Origin: Planctomycetota bacterium
GTDB taxonomy: Bacteria > Planctomycetota > PLA2 > JAEUHO01
Reading direction: 5' to 3'
Assembly: GCA_965223505.1 (NCBI GenBank)
Contig: CBDCWP010000012.1
Coordinates: 32,001 to 96,000 of the forward strand
Length of the DNA: 64,000 nt
A program made the position numbers and the translations under genes. A model generated the notes under the pieces. The model searched no databases. It was not told the origin of the DNA and was given only the letters and a program-made list of their open reading frames with translations. This document shows, piece by piece, positions 10,636-19,672 of this stretch; within the stretch, counting starts at the first letter, position 1; each line of letters opens with the position of its first letter.

Positions 10636-12024
10636 GTGAATCGCGTACGCATAACTTGTGTCGCGGGCGCGCTGGCGCTTTGCATTCTGGTGATTCCAGC
10701 AATCACGCAAGCCAGCACCCGGACCGGGGGCGACCTCGGCAGCCGAATCGCCTTGCTCGAGCAGCAGACGGCAACGTTGAACACGTTGTTGGCCAACGTC
10801 ATGCGCTCCGGCAACGACCTGATCATCACGCAAGGGCTGGATGTGGAAGGCGCCGGCAACCTCGGCCCGAACGGACAGCACATCGCCTGCTTCGAGAACA
10901 CGAATGCGGGCGCCGCCGACGGCGTGGCGATCAAGGTCGACGGAGCGCCGCTATCGAGCGACAACAACTTCTTCACCTTCTACAACGACGACGACGTCGT
11001 CTGCGGGCGCATCGAGGGCTTCTCGCTGCTCGAGGGCGACCCGTTCTCGAACTTCCCGTCGGTTCCGAGCATCGGCATCAGCGACTTCTTCTCATTCTGT
11101 CCGAACTTCATCACGATCACCGGCGGATCCCTGCCGAGCATCAGCGGCGGCAGCCTGCCGAGCTTCGACTTCAGCATCTCGGATCCGGGCTTCAGTGGCG
11201 GATCGTGGCCGACGGTCAGCATCGGCAGCTTCCCGTCGATCGACTTCAAGTCGCCGATCCAGATCACCAACCCCCTCGACGCCGCCGGTGACGTCGTCAC
11301 CTGGCTCGCCGACGTGATCTGCTGGGCGTTCGAGAACGACCTACAGTCCCTCATCCAGACGGATCCCTTCGGGCTGGCGCTTGCGCCGCTCATTCTGACG
11401 GAGTCCACGCTCTGCAAGAACGGGACGACCGGCGAAGGCGGCGTCACGTACGGGTCGACCGGCGCCGACTACGCCGAGTGGCTCGAGAAGGCCGATCCGC
11501 GGGAGACCTTCCTTCCGGGCCAGGTCGTCGGCGTGCTCGCCGGGAAGATCAGCAAGAAGACGGACGGCGCGGACCAGATCATGGCCGTCTCGCAGATCCC
11601 CGCGGTCGTCGGCAACATCCCCCAGCCGCACGAGGCCGAGCGCTTCGAGAAGGTCGGCTTCATGGGACAGGTGGCCGTGCTGGTCCGCGGGAAGGTGACG
11701 GCCGGCGACTACATCATCCCGTCGGGACGCAACGACGGCATCGGCATCGCCCTGCCGGCAAAGGAGCTGCGCGCCAAGCATCTGACGCAGATTCTCGGGC
11801 GCGCCTGGTCCGACAGCACGTCGGAGAGTATTTCCTCCGTCACGGTCGCCATCGGCGTGAAGACGAACGCCGGCGTGGAGATCTGCGCGCGGCAGCAAGA
11901 GCGCATCGACCGGCTGCGTGAGGCCATCGAGGCTTTGCAAGCGCCGTCCCAGGCGCCCGCCGCTCCCGAGGAGAACGCCGCCCATCTCAGTGCGGGTGCT
12001 CGCAAGGAAGGGGGTGCGCGATGA
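10636..12024 (+). CDS. Secreted protein, paralogue 1, with C-terminal Peptidase_G2-like autocleaving chaperone domain
   Basis: AAAGGAGG then GTG at 10636; signal peptide ending TQA; short coiled coil; GADYAEWLEK and KVGFMGQV..GDYII motifs; terminal coiled coil. Confidence 0.8.
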   Translation: MNRVRITCVAGALALCILVIPAITQASTRTGGDLGSRIALLEQQTATLNTLLANVMRSGNDLIITQGLDVEGAGNLGPNGQHIACFENTNAGAADGVAIKVDGAPLSSDNNFFTFYNDDDVVCGRIEGFSLLEGDPFSNFPSVPSIGISDFFSFCPNFITITGGSLPSISGGSLPSFDFSISDPGFSGGSWPTVSIGSFPSIDFKSPIQITNPLDAAGDVVTWLADVICWAFENDLQSLIQTDPFGLALAPLILTESTLCKNGTTGEGGVTYGSTGADYAEWLEKADPRETFLPGQVVGVLAGKISKKTDGADQIMAVSQIPAVVGNIPQPHEAERFEKVGFMGQVAVLVRGKVTAGDYIIPSGRNDGIGIALPAKELRAKHLTQILGRAWSDSTSESISSVTVAIGVKTNAGVEICARQQERIDRLREAIEALQAPSQAPAAPEENAAHLSAGARKEGGAR

Positions 12025-13379
12025 AGGCCTCCAAGCTCCTGATCGCCGTCGCCTGCATCGCGCTCGTCGTGGCGGCGGTGCCCAAGAACTCGGATGCGCG
12101 CACGCGCACGGGGTCGGACCTGGGCTCTCGCGTCGCGGCGCTCGAGGCGACCATCGGCGCGCTCAACACGCTGCTCGAGAACGTCTCGCGGTCGGGCAAC
12201 GACCTGATCATCAACAGCGGTCTAACCGTCGAGGGCCCGGGCGACCTCGGTCCGACCGGTTCTCACATCGTTCGCTTCCGCAACACGGACGGCGGCGGCG
12301 AGGACGGCATCGCCGTCAAGATCAACCGTGCGCCGTGCAACTCGGGCAACAACTTCTGTACCTTCTACAACGACGACGACTACGTCTGCGGCCGCGTAGA
12401 GGGCTTCGCGCTGCTCGAGGGCGACCCCGCGACGAGCTTCCCGTCGGTGCCCAGCATCGGTCTCGACGACTTCTTCGTCTTCTGCCCGAATTTCATCAGC
12501 GTCACCGGCGGCAGGCTGCCCGGCCTGAGCGGTGGCCGGCTGCCGAGCTTCTCCTGTGACATCAGCATCGACCCGCCTTCGATCTCGTGCGACGTCGACT
12601 TCGGCGCGCTGCCGACGCTGGACCCGGGTGCGTTCCCGTCCATCGACTTCAAGGCGCCGCTCTCCATCACGAACCCGCTGGACGCCGGCGGCGACATCAT
12701 TCAGTGGCTTGCCGACGTGATTTGCTGGTGCTTCGAGAACGACCTCGAGTCGCTCATCCAGACCGATCCGTTCGGGCTGGCGCTTGCGCCGTTGATCTTG
12801 GCGGAGTCCACACTCTGCAAGAACGGCACGACCGGGGAAGGCGGCGTGACGTACGGTTCGACCGGCGCCGACTACGCCGAGTGGCTCGAGAAGCAGAACC
12901 CGTCCGACCGGTTCGTACCGGGGCAGGTCGTCGGTGTGCACCGCGGCAAGATCAGCAAGAAGACCGACGGCGCCGAGAAGGTCATGCCGATCTCGCTTGC
13001 GCCGATCGTCGTTGGCAACATGCCGCCCAAGGAGCGCGAGTCGGCTTATGCGAAGGTCGGCTTCATGGGGCAGGTGCCCGTCTACGTGCGCGGCAAGGTC
13101 CGCAAGGGCGACTACGTTGTCGCTTCGGGCAAGAACGACGGCATCGCCATCGGTGTGTCGCCCGAGGCGCTCGAGCTCGTCCACGTATCGCAGATCATCG
13201 GTCGCGCCTGGTCCGCGTCCGACGTCGACGGCGTCTCGGCCGTCAACGTCGCGATCGGGTTGAAGACCAGCGCGTGCGTCGACATCTGCAAACGACAGGA
13301 AGCCGAGATCGACGAGCTGGAGGAGGCGCTCGATGCGCTGCTTGATGCGCGCCATGGCGCGAAGGGAGGTGCGCGATGA
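12021..13379 (+). CDS. Secreted protein, paralogue 2, same architecture
   Basis: ATGA overlap; signal peptide ending SDA; collinear with paralogue 1 including GGVTYGSTGADYAEWLEK. Confidence 0.8.
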   Translation: MKASKLLIAVACIALVVAAVPKNSDARTRTGSDLGSRVAALEATIGALNTLLENVSRSGNDLIINSGLTVEGPGDLGPTGSHIVRFRNTDGGGEDGIAVKINRAPCNSGNNFCTFYNDDDYVCGRVEGFALLEGDPATSFPSVPSIGLDDFFVFCPNFISVTGGRLPGLSGGRLPSFSCDISIDPPSISCDVDFGALPTLDPGAFPSIDFKAPLSITNPLDAGGDIIQWLADVICWCFENDLESLIQTDPFGLALAPLILAESTLCKNGTTGEGGVTYGSTGADYAEWLEKQNPSDRFVPGQVVGVHRGKISKKTDGAEKVMPISLAPIVVGNMPPKERESAYAKVGFMGQVPVYVRGKVRKGDYVVASGKNDGIAIGVSPEALELVHVSQIIGRAWSASDVDGVSAVNVAIGLKTSACVDICKRQEAEIDELEEALDALLDARHGAKGGAR

Positions 13380-14650
13380 AGCTCCGCGTCAAGATCGGGA
13401 TCGGCATCTTCGCGCTGGCACTTCTGGTGCTGGCCATGCCGTCGACGTCGCACGCCCGCACCCGTACCGGCACCGATCTCGGCACCCGCGTGGCGCGGCT
13501 CGAGGAACAGACGGCGCGGATCAACGCGCTGTTGGAGAACCTCTCCATCCAGGGCAACAACCTGCGCTTGGCCAGCGGCCTCAACGTCAACGGCGCCGGC
13601 GCGGTCGGGCCGAACTCGGCGCACATCGTGTGCTTCGAGAACACCGACGGCGGCAGCGAGGACGGCGTGGCGATCAAGATCGATCGCGCTCCGTGCAGCT
13701 CCGACAACAACTTCCTGACCTTCTACAACGACGACGACTACGTCTGTGGCCGCGTCGAGGGCTTCTCGCTGCTCGACGGCGATCCGGCGTCGACGTTCCC
13801 GTCGTTGCCGAGCATTGGTCTGGACGACTTCTTTTCGTTCTGCCCGAACTTCATCTCGATCACCGGGGGCCAGCTCCCGAGCTTCGATCCGGGGAGCTTC
13901 CCCTCGTCGCTGCCGAGCCTCGATCCAGGAGCATTCCCGTCGATCGACTTCAAGTCGCCGCTCACGATCACGAACCCCTTGGATGCGGGCGGGGACATCG
14001 TGAGCTGGCTTGCGGACGTGATCTGCTGGGCGTTCGAGAACGACTTCCAGTCGGTTATTCAGGGCGACCCGTTCGGGATCGCGCTCGCCGCTCTGATCCT
14101 CGTCGAGGCGACGCTCTGTAAGAACGGCCCGTTCGGCGGCGTCACCTACGGATCGACGGGCGCCGACTACGCCGAGTGGTTGGAGAAGCTCCATCCGTCC
14201 GAGCGGTTCCTGCCCGGGCAGATCGTCGGCGTGCACGGCGGCAAGATCAGCAAGAAGACCGAAGGCGCGGAGCAGGTCATGGCGATCTCGCTGGCGCCCG
14301 CGGTCATCGGGAACGTTCCGGCGAAGCAGGACGAGGCGCTCTACGAGCGCGTGGGCTTCATGGGGCAGGTCCCGGTGTACGTCCAAGGCAAGGTCAAGGC
14401 GGGTGACTACATCATTCCGTCCGGCCGCGGCGACGGCATCGGTGTCGCGGTCTCGCCCGATGAGCTCGACCTGAAGGACGTGGCGCACATCCTGGGCCGT
14501 GCGTGGTCCGAGAGCAGCAGCGACGGCGTCGCCTCGGTCAACGTCGGCATCGGGCTCGACACGAACGAGCTGACCGGCGTGTTCGAGAAGAACGCCGATC
14601 GACTGGATCGACTCGAGGAGAAGCTCCAGCTTCTTCGCGAGCGGAAGTAA
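13376..14650 (+). CDS. Secreted protein, paralogue 3, same architecture
   Basis: ATGA overlap; signal peptide ending SHA; same conserved blocks. Confidence 0.8.
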   Translation: MKLRVKIGIGIFALALLVLAMPSTSHARTRTGTDLGTRVARLEEQTARINALLENLSIQGNNLRLASGLNVNGAGAVGPNSAHIVCFENTDGGSEDGVAIKIDRAPCSSDNNFLTFYNDDDYVCGRVEGFSLLDGDPASTFPSLPSIGLDDFFSFCPNFISITGGQLPSFDPGSFPSSLPSLDPGAFPSIDFKSPLTITNPLDAGGDIVSWLADVICWAFENDFQSVIQGDPFGIALAALILVEATLCKNGPFGGVTYGSTGADYAEWLEKLHPSERFLPGQIVGVHGGKISKKTEGAEQVMAISLAPAVIGNVPAKQDEALYERVGFMGQVPVYVQGKVKAGDYIIPSGRGDGIGVAVSPDELDLKDVAHILGRAWSESSSDGVASVNVGIGLDTNELTGVFEKNADRLDRLEEKLQLLRERK

Positions 14651-14766
14651 ACGTGGGGGCGGCGTGGGCCGCTCGCACGAGCTGAAGGCCGATTGCGGCT
14701 CGCCGACCAACGGCGGGCCGCTTTCGTGTCCAAACAGTGCGAGCGTGCTACGGGAGCGAGACAAGC

Positions 14767-16932
14767 ATGGACGTCGAGTCGTCTGAGACCTCGAAGGAGC
14801 AAGCGCCGTCCACCGACGCGCTGTTCACTCCGATCGATGCCGCGAGCCTCGGTTTCTTCCGCTTCGGCTTCGGCGTCATCATGCTCGTGGAGATGCTCCA
14901 CTACATCCTCGACGGATTGGTGCAGAGCCTGTACGTCGACGCGACGTTTCACTTCAAGTTCTACGGGTTCGGCTGGGTCGAGGCGCTGCCCGAGGCCGGG
15001 ATGTTCGCCCTGTTCTGGTCGCTGGTGGTTCTGGCGCTTCTGATCGCGGTCGGCCTCTTCTACCGCGTATCGATCTTCCTGTTCGGCCTCGGATTCACAT
15101 ACGTCTTCCTCTTGGACAAGACGTACTACCTCAACCACTTCTATCTCATCAGCCTGCTCTGCCTGATCCTCGTGTTCGTCCCCGCCGACCGGGCGTTTTC
15201 GCTCCGGCGGCTGCGCAAGCCCGATACGCCGCGCACGCTGCCGGTCTGGTGCCTCTGGTTGCTGCGATTCCAGCTCGGGCTGGTGTACTTCCTCGCGGGT
15301 GCCGCGAAGCTCAACGCCGACTGGTTGCGTGGCGAGCCGATGCGCTCGATGGCGTACGCCGGCGAGTCGATCCTCTCGCCGGGCTTTCCCGCTTGGGCGC
15401 AGAACGACGTCGTCGTGTACATCGGCGCGTACGGCGGACTGCTGTTCGACCTGTTCGTCACGCCGTTCCTCCTGTGGCGCAAGACACGGATGATCGCCTT
15501 CTTGTTCGCTTGTGCGTTCCACTTGGGCAACTTCTTCGTCTTCCGCCTGCCGATCGGCATCTTCCCCTGGTACATGATCGTGGCGACGACGCTGTTCTTC
15601 GACCCGGACTGGCCACGCCAGGTAATCGGGTGGTGGCGCCGCCGGCGAGGCCTGACGGGGCCGGAACCCGTCGTCACCGATCCGACGCCCGTCGTCCCCT
15701 CGCCGCTTCGACGCAAGCTCATCCTCGGTCTCGGCGGTCTTTACATCGTCGTTCAGATCCTGCTCCCGCTGCGGCACAACCTGTATCCCGGCAATCCCTC
15801 CTGGACCAACGAGGGCAACGACTTCGCATGGCGCATGATGATCTTCGCGAAGGACCCCGAGGCGCGCTTCTATGCGACCGACCCCGACACAGGAAAGGTC
15901 TGGCAGATCGACGCCGAGGAGTACCTGACGCCGTATCAGGCACTGATCATGCCGCTGCGACCGGACATGATCCTGCAGTTCTGCCACCACGCGGCGAACG
16001 ATCTACGGGCCAAGGGACATGAACGCGTCGAGATTCGCGGCTACGTGAAGGCGACATTGAACGGCCGGCGGCCGCAGCTGCTCATCAACCCCTTCGTCGA
16101 TCTTGCGGCGGAGCCGCGATCGCTTGCGCACAAGCCGTGGATTCAGCCGTTGACCGTTCCGTTCGAGGAACGGCAGTTCGTGAGCCCCGATCCGAAGATG
16201 CGTTCGGGGTGGGCCGCATTCGAGCCCGGTGCCTGGATCCTGGCAGACGAGCGTCTGTCGCTGGCCGGCAAGACCGCCAGCTTCCGGCGCTTGCGCACCC
16301 TCCAGCTTCGTGACCAAAAGCGCTACATCCGTACCGAGAACATCTCGAAGATCCCGCTCGACGCCGGCGGCGACATCGTTCTTCCTGTCACGCCGGGTGC
16401 GTTGCCGGAGGATCTCGACATGCGCGTCCAGACCGTGGACCACGAGACGCTCGAGATCGACGGCGTCAAGGTCGCGTGCAAGGTGACCGCGTACACGATG
16501 TCGAACAGCGACGACCCCTGGCAGGCGCGATTGGTCCTGTGGACGACGGACACGTTTCGGGTCCCCTATCGCGAGGTGCCGGACGTTCAGCCGAGGCTGT
16601 TGAGGCGCATGGCCATGATGCCGAACGTCGTGAAGTTGAAGTACGTCGTGATGGACCAGATGAGCCGCCGCGAGGGCATCTACGAGGTTCAGGTCGAGGC
16701 GTTGCAGGAGTCGTTTTCGCTCGGCGAACGCACGCTCGAATGCGTACGCGAGTCGGCACGCATCGCGCGACGCGGCCAGGGCGGCGAGGTCCTGGCGAAG
16801 ATGGAGCGCTGGCTGTCGACCGAGGTTCCCAACCACATCGTCAAGGCGACCGTGAACACGGCGCAGCCCAAGCGCACCACCGAGTGGGGCTTCTCGATCG
16901 TGAAGTTCAGCGGCCGCGCACAGAACCCCTGA
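14767..16932 (+). CDS. HTTM-domain protein, vitamin-K-dependent gamma-carboxylase homologue, with C-terminal extension
   Basis: Motifs PIDAASLGFFRFGFG, FHFKFYGF, YLNHFYL, AGAAKLNADW, IGIFPW, WTNEG..FAWRMM, PDMILQF and LNGR; multiple TM segments. Confidence 0.9.
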   Translation: MDVESSETSKEQAPSTDALFTPIDAASLGFFRFGFGVIMLVEMLHYILDGLVQSLYVDATFHFKFYGFGWVEALPEAGMFALFWSLVVLALLIAVGLFYRVSIFLFGLGFTYVFLLDKTYYLNHFYLISLLCLILVFVPADRAFSLRRLRKPDTPRTLPVWCLWLLRFQLGLVYFLAGAAKLNADWLRGEPMRSMAYAGESILSPGFPAWAQNDVVVYIGAYGGLLFDLFVTPFLLWRKTRMIAFLFACAFHLGNFFVFRLPIGIFPWYMIVATTLFFDPDWPRQVIGWWRRRRGLTGPEPVVTDPTPVVPSPLRRKLILGLGGLYIVVQILLPLRHNLYPGNPSWTNEGNDFAWRMMIFAKDPEARFYATDPDTGKVWQIDAEEYLTPYQALIMPLRPDMILQFCHHAANDLRAKGHERVEIRGYVKATLNGRRPQLLINPFVDLAAEPRSLAHKPWIQPLTVPFEERQFVSPDPKMRSGWAAFEPGAWILADERLSLAGKTASFRRLRTLQLRDQKRYIRTENISKIPLDAGGDIVLPVTPGALPEDLDMRVQTVDHETLEIDGVKVACKVTAYTMSNSDDPWQARLVLWTTDTFRVPYREVPDVQPRLLRRMAMMPNVVKLKYVVMDQMSRREGIYEVQVEALQESFSLGERTLECVRESARIARRGQGGEVLAKMERWLSTEVPNHIVKATVNTAQPKRTTEWGFSIVKFSGRAQNP

Positions 16933-16957
16933 TCCGATCGTGTACGGTACGCCCGTC

Positions 16958-17914
16958 ATGAAGCGTGCCACCGTCCTCATCCTCGGTCTGCTCACCGCGT
17001 GCGGCGAGGAGCCCGCTCCCAAGCCGTTGCCGGACGACCCCTATGTGCTCGTGCTCGGCACCGCGCAGGACGGCGGCTTCCCCCAGATCGGCGCGGACCA
17101 CGCACTCGCGCGCGCCGCGCGCAGAGACACGACGCTTCGACGGTTCGTCGCATCGCTGCTGATCGTCGATCCGCGCAGCGGCAAGCGTTGGTTGATCGAC
17201 GCGACGCCGGACCTGCGCGAACAGGTCGAGCTGGCGCGCGGTCATCCGCCGAACCGCAAGCTGCCCGGCCCCCGGCCGCCCTTGTTCGAGGGCATCTTCC
17301 TCACGCACGCGCACATGGGGCACTACACGGGCTTGATCCACCTGGGCCGCGAGGCGTACGGGGCGAAGGACATGCCGGTGATCGCGTCCGACGAGATGGC
17401 GACCTTCCTCGAGAACAACGGTCCCTGGAGCCTTCTGGTCGAGCTGAAGAACATCCAGCTGCGCACGCTTCGCGCCGGCGAGGCGGTGCCGCTGGCCGAC
17501 GACCTGAGCGTGTTGGCGATCGAGGTGCCGCATCGTTCGGAGTACACGGGCACGTTCGGGTTCGTGATCAAGGGACCGTCGAAGTCGTTGCTCTACATTC
17601 CGGACATCGACAAGTGGGAGAAGTGGACGCGCGAGATCGAGGACGAGATCGCCGCCGTCGACTACGCGCTACTGGACGGGACGTTCTTCGAGAACGGAGA
17701 GATCCCCGGGCGCGACATGTCGTTGATTCCGCATCCGTTCATCGAAGAGTCGTTGCGGCGGTTCGCGCCGCTGCCGGCGACGGAGCGGTCGAAGGTGTTC
17801 TTCACGCACCTGAACCACACGAACCCCGCGTCGGATCCGAACGGCGCTGCGCAGCGCAAGGTGAAGGCCGCGGGGTGCGCCGTGGCGGCCGACGGGCAGG
17901 TGTTCGGGCTGTGA
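16958..17914 (+). CDS. PqqB-like metallo-beta-lactamase-fold hydrolase, lipoprotein
   Basis: Lipobox LLTA-C; motifs VLGTAQDGGFPQ, IDATPD, THAHMGH, VPHR, LDGTF and HLNHTNP. Confidence 0.85.
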   Translation: MKRATVLILGLLTACGEEPAPKPLPDDPYVLVLGTAQDGGFPQIGADHALARAARRDTTLRRFVASLLIVDPRSGKRWLIDATPDLREQVELARGHPPNRKLPGPRPPLFEGIFLTHAHMGHYTGLIHLGREAYGAKDMPVIASDEMATFLENNGPWSLLVELKNIQLRTLRAGEAVPLADDLSVLAIEVPHRSEYTGTFGFVIKGPSKSLLYIPDIDKWEKWTREIEDEIAAVDYALLDGTFFENGEIPGRDMSLIPHPFIEESLRRFAPLPATERSKVFFTHLNHTNPASDPNGAAQRKVKAAGCAVAADGQVFGL

Positions 17915-17932
17915 CGCCGGCGGGTCCGGGGC

Positions 17933-18445
17933 CTATCGCGCCATGCCGGCCAGCGCCGAAGGCAGATCGTGATGCCGGCGCCACGACGCCAGCTGCCCCA
18001 GGTGCATGTTCGCGTGGGCCACCAGCAGGAAGACGAGGTAGTCCGCCATCGTCGGCAGCGCGCCGTCGAAGCGCCATTCGACCGGCGCCTCGAGCGCCTC
18101 CGCCGACAAACCGCGAATCGCCTCGGCCAGGCGCGCCTGCTGGCGCTCCATCTCCTTCAGCAGCGCGGCTGCCGTCGGGTACTTGGCGGGGTCCGGATCG
18201 GGCACGCGTGGATCGCCGGGACCGTTGCGCTCGAAGAGGTCGCGCCAGCCGTCGGGCAGGTCGCGTTCGAGGCCCAGCTCGGCGGCGACGAACCCGAGGC
18301 CCGTGACGATGTGGCCGAGCGTCCAGGCCGGGTGGTTCTCCAACCCCTTCGGGCCGGGCCGGCCCCACAGGGTGTCGGGAACGTCCGCGACCAGCGCGCG
18401 CGCGTACGCGAGGTTCCAGTCCATCTGGTGCAGCACGTGTTCCAT
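17933..18445 (-). CDS. DinB family protein
   Basis: NHPAWTLGHI and HANMHLGQL metal-binding His pattern; start overlaps the desaturase stop. Confidence 0.85.
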   Translation of the reverse strand: MEHVLHQMDWNLAYARALVADVPDTLWGRPGPKGLENHPAWTLGHIVTGLGFVAAELGLERDLPDGWRDLFERNGPGDPRVPDPDPAKYPTAAALLKEMERQQARLAEAIRGLSAEALEAPVEWRFDGALPTMADYLVFLLVAHANMHLGQLASWRRHHDLPSALAGMAR

Positions 18446-19518
18446 CACGCGGGCTTCGTGGCCGCCGCCCGATCCGACTGTCGCAGCCTCGGCAGCGGCA
18501 CCATCCGCTCCTGCTCTTCGTCCCAGAGCGCGAGACGCGCGAAGGGGATGGTCTCCCACAGGGTGTATCCGCGCACGCCCAGCCGGTCGTTCACCTTCCT
18601 GTTGGCGTCACCCAGCCGGTAGCAGGGGATCTTGGCATCGAGGTGATGCACGTGGTGGTAGCCGATGCCGAGCCACAACCACTCGCCGAGCGGACGGCTG
18701 AGGCGCAGGTACGAGCTGCCGTGCACCGCGCCTTCGAAGTAGCTCCAGCCTTCGTCACGCGACGTCTTCCAGACGGCGTCTTCGAAGTGGTGCTGCACGA
18801 AGAAGAGCCAGCCGGCGATGGACGCGGCGAAGATGCAGATGGGGAGCTGTACCTGGGCGAGCGGGCCGATGCCGCCGACGGCGAATCCGGCTGCGACGTG
18901 CATCAAGACGATGACGACGGTGGTCAGATGCACGTCGAGGGTCGACTCGCTCGGCACCTTGCGCCACGCGGCCGGGAGCCGGTGCCCGATGGAAAAGTGG
19001 ACGAACGGCAGCAGCCCGACCATGACGGGCGGCGAGCGGAAGATGCGGTACGCGATGCGCTTCGGCCTCGACCAGCTCTCGAACTCCTTGACGGTGTGGA
19101 GCTTGAGGTAGCCCTCGTCGCTGCGTTCGATGTCGCCGACGGCGGTGTGGTGGGCGATGTGGCTCTTGCGCCAGCGGTCGTAGGGCGTGAAGAGGATCAG
19201 GCCGAAGACGATGCCCCACCAGCGGTTGGCGCGCGGCGTTCGGAAGAGCGCGTGGTGCACGGTGTCGTGGAAGAGCACGAAGATGCGCGACATGATCAGG
19301 CCGCAGGCGAGACCGGTGGCGGCGGCGGCGGGAATGCTGACGGGGATCAGCTTGAAGGTCGCGATCCAGAGCGCGACGTAGAGCGCGACGCTGACGGAGG
19401 CTTCGATCCAGCTGCGGGCCGTGTCGAGCGTGCGGAACCGGCGCAGGTCCTCGAGGACCCCACGAAGCTCGGCCTTGCTCGCCGGCACGGCTGGTTCCTG
19501 TTGCGCTACGGCCTCCAT
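18445..19518 (-). CDS. Membrane fatty acid desaturase
   Basis: His boxes HDTVH, HIAHH, QH and HHVHH; TM segments. Confidence 0.9.
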   Translation of the reverse strand: MEAVAQQEPAVPASKAELRGVLEDLRRFRTLDTARSWIEASVSVALYVALWIATFKLIPVSIPAAAATGLACGLIMSRIFVLFHDTVHHALFRTPRANRWWGIVFGLILFTPYDRWRKSHIAHHTAVGDIERSDEGYLKLHTVKEFESWSRPKRIAYRIFRSPPVMVGLLPFVHFSIGHRLPAAWRKVPSESTLDVHLTTVVIVLMHVAAGFAVGGIGPLAQVQLPICIFAASIAGWLFFVQHHFEDAVWKTSRDEGWSYFEGAVHGSSYLRLSRPLGEWLWLGIGYHHVHHLDAKIPCYRLGDANRKVNDRLGVRGYTLWETIPFARLALWDEEQERMVPLPRLRQSDRAAATKPA

Positions 19519-19611
19519 CGGTCCAGGAGCCTAGCAGTCTCGGACGGGGCTTCAATAGGCCTCGATCTGGAGCGCAAGGCGGCATCCGCGGCGTGGGGTC
19601 GCCCAAACACG

Positions 19612-19645
19612 AAGGCGGCCGGGTCCTTCCGGACCCGGCCGCCTT
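19612..19645 (-). terminator. Probable intrinsic terminator (perfect 15-bp stem)
   Basis: AAGGCGGCCGGGTCC-TTCC-GGACCCGGCCGCCTT, downstream of the minus-strand gene ending at 19673; weak U-tract on the minus strand. Confidence 0.7.
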
Positions 19646-19672
19646 GGGTGCGTCTCGTAAGAGCAATCGCTC

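Noticed and set aside
10636..14650. Prophage or tailocin interpretation of the tail-type chaperone domains
   Set aside because: No capsid, sheath, baseplate, integrase or lysis genes in the window, and all three proteins have signal peptides.
10636..14650. Diversity-generating retroelement or CRISPR explanation for the repeated DNA
   Set aside because: The repeats are whole-gene paralogy; no reverse transcriptase, no adenine-specific template/variable pair, no regular repeat-spacer array.
16958..17914. PQQ biosynthesis cluster
   Set aside because: No pqqA, C, D or E-like genes nearby and the protein looks exported.
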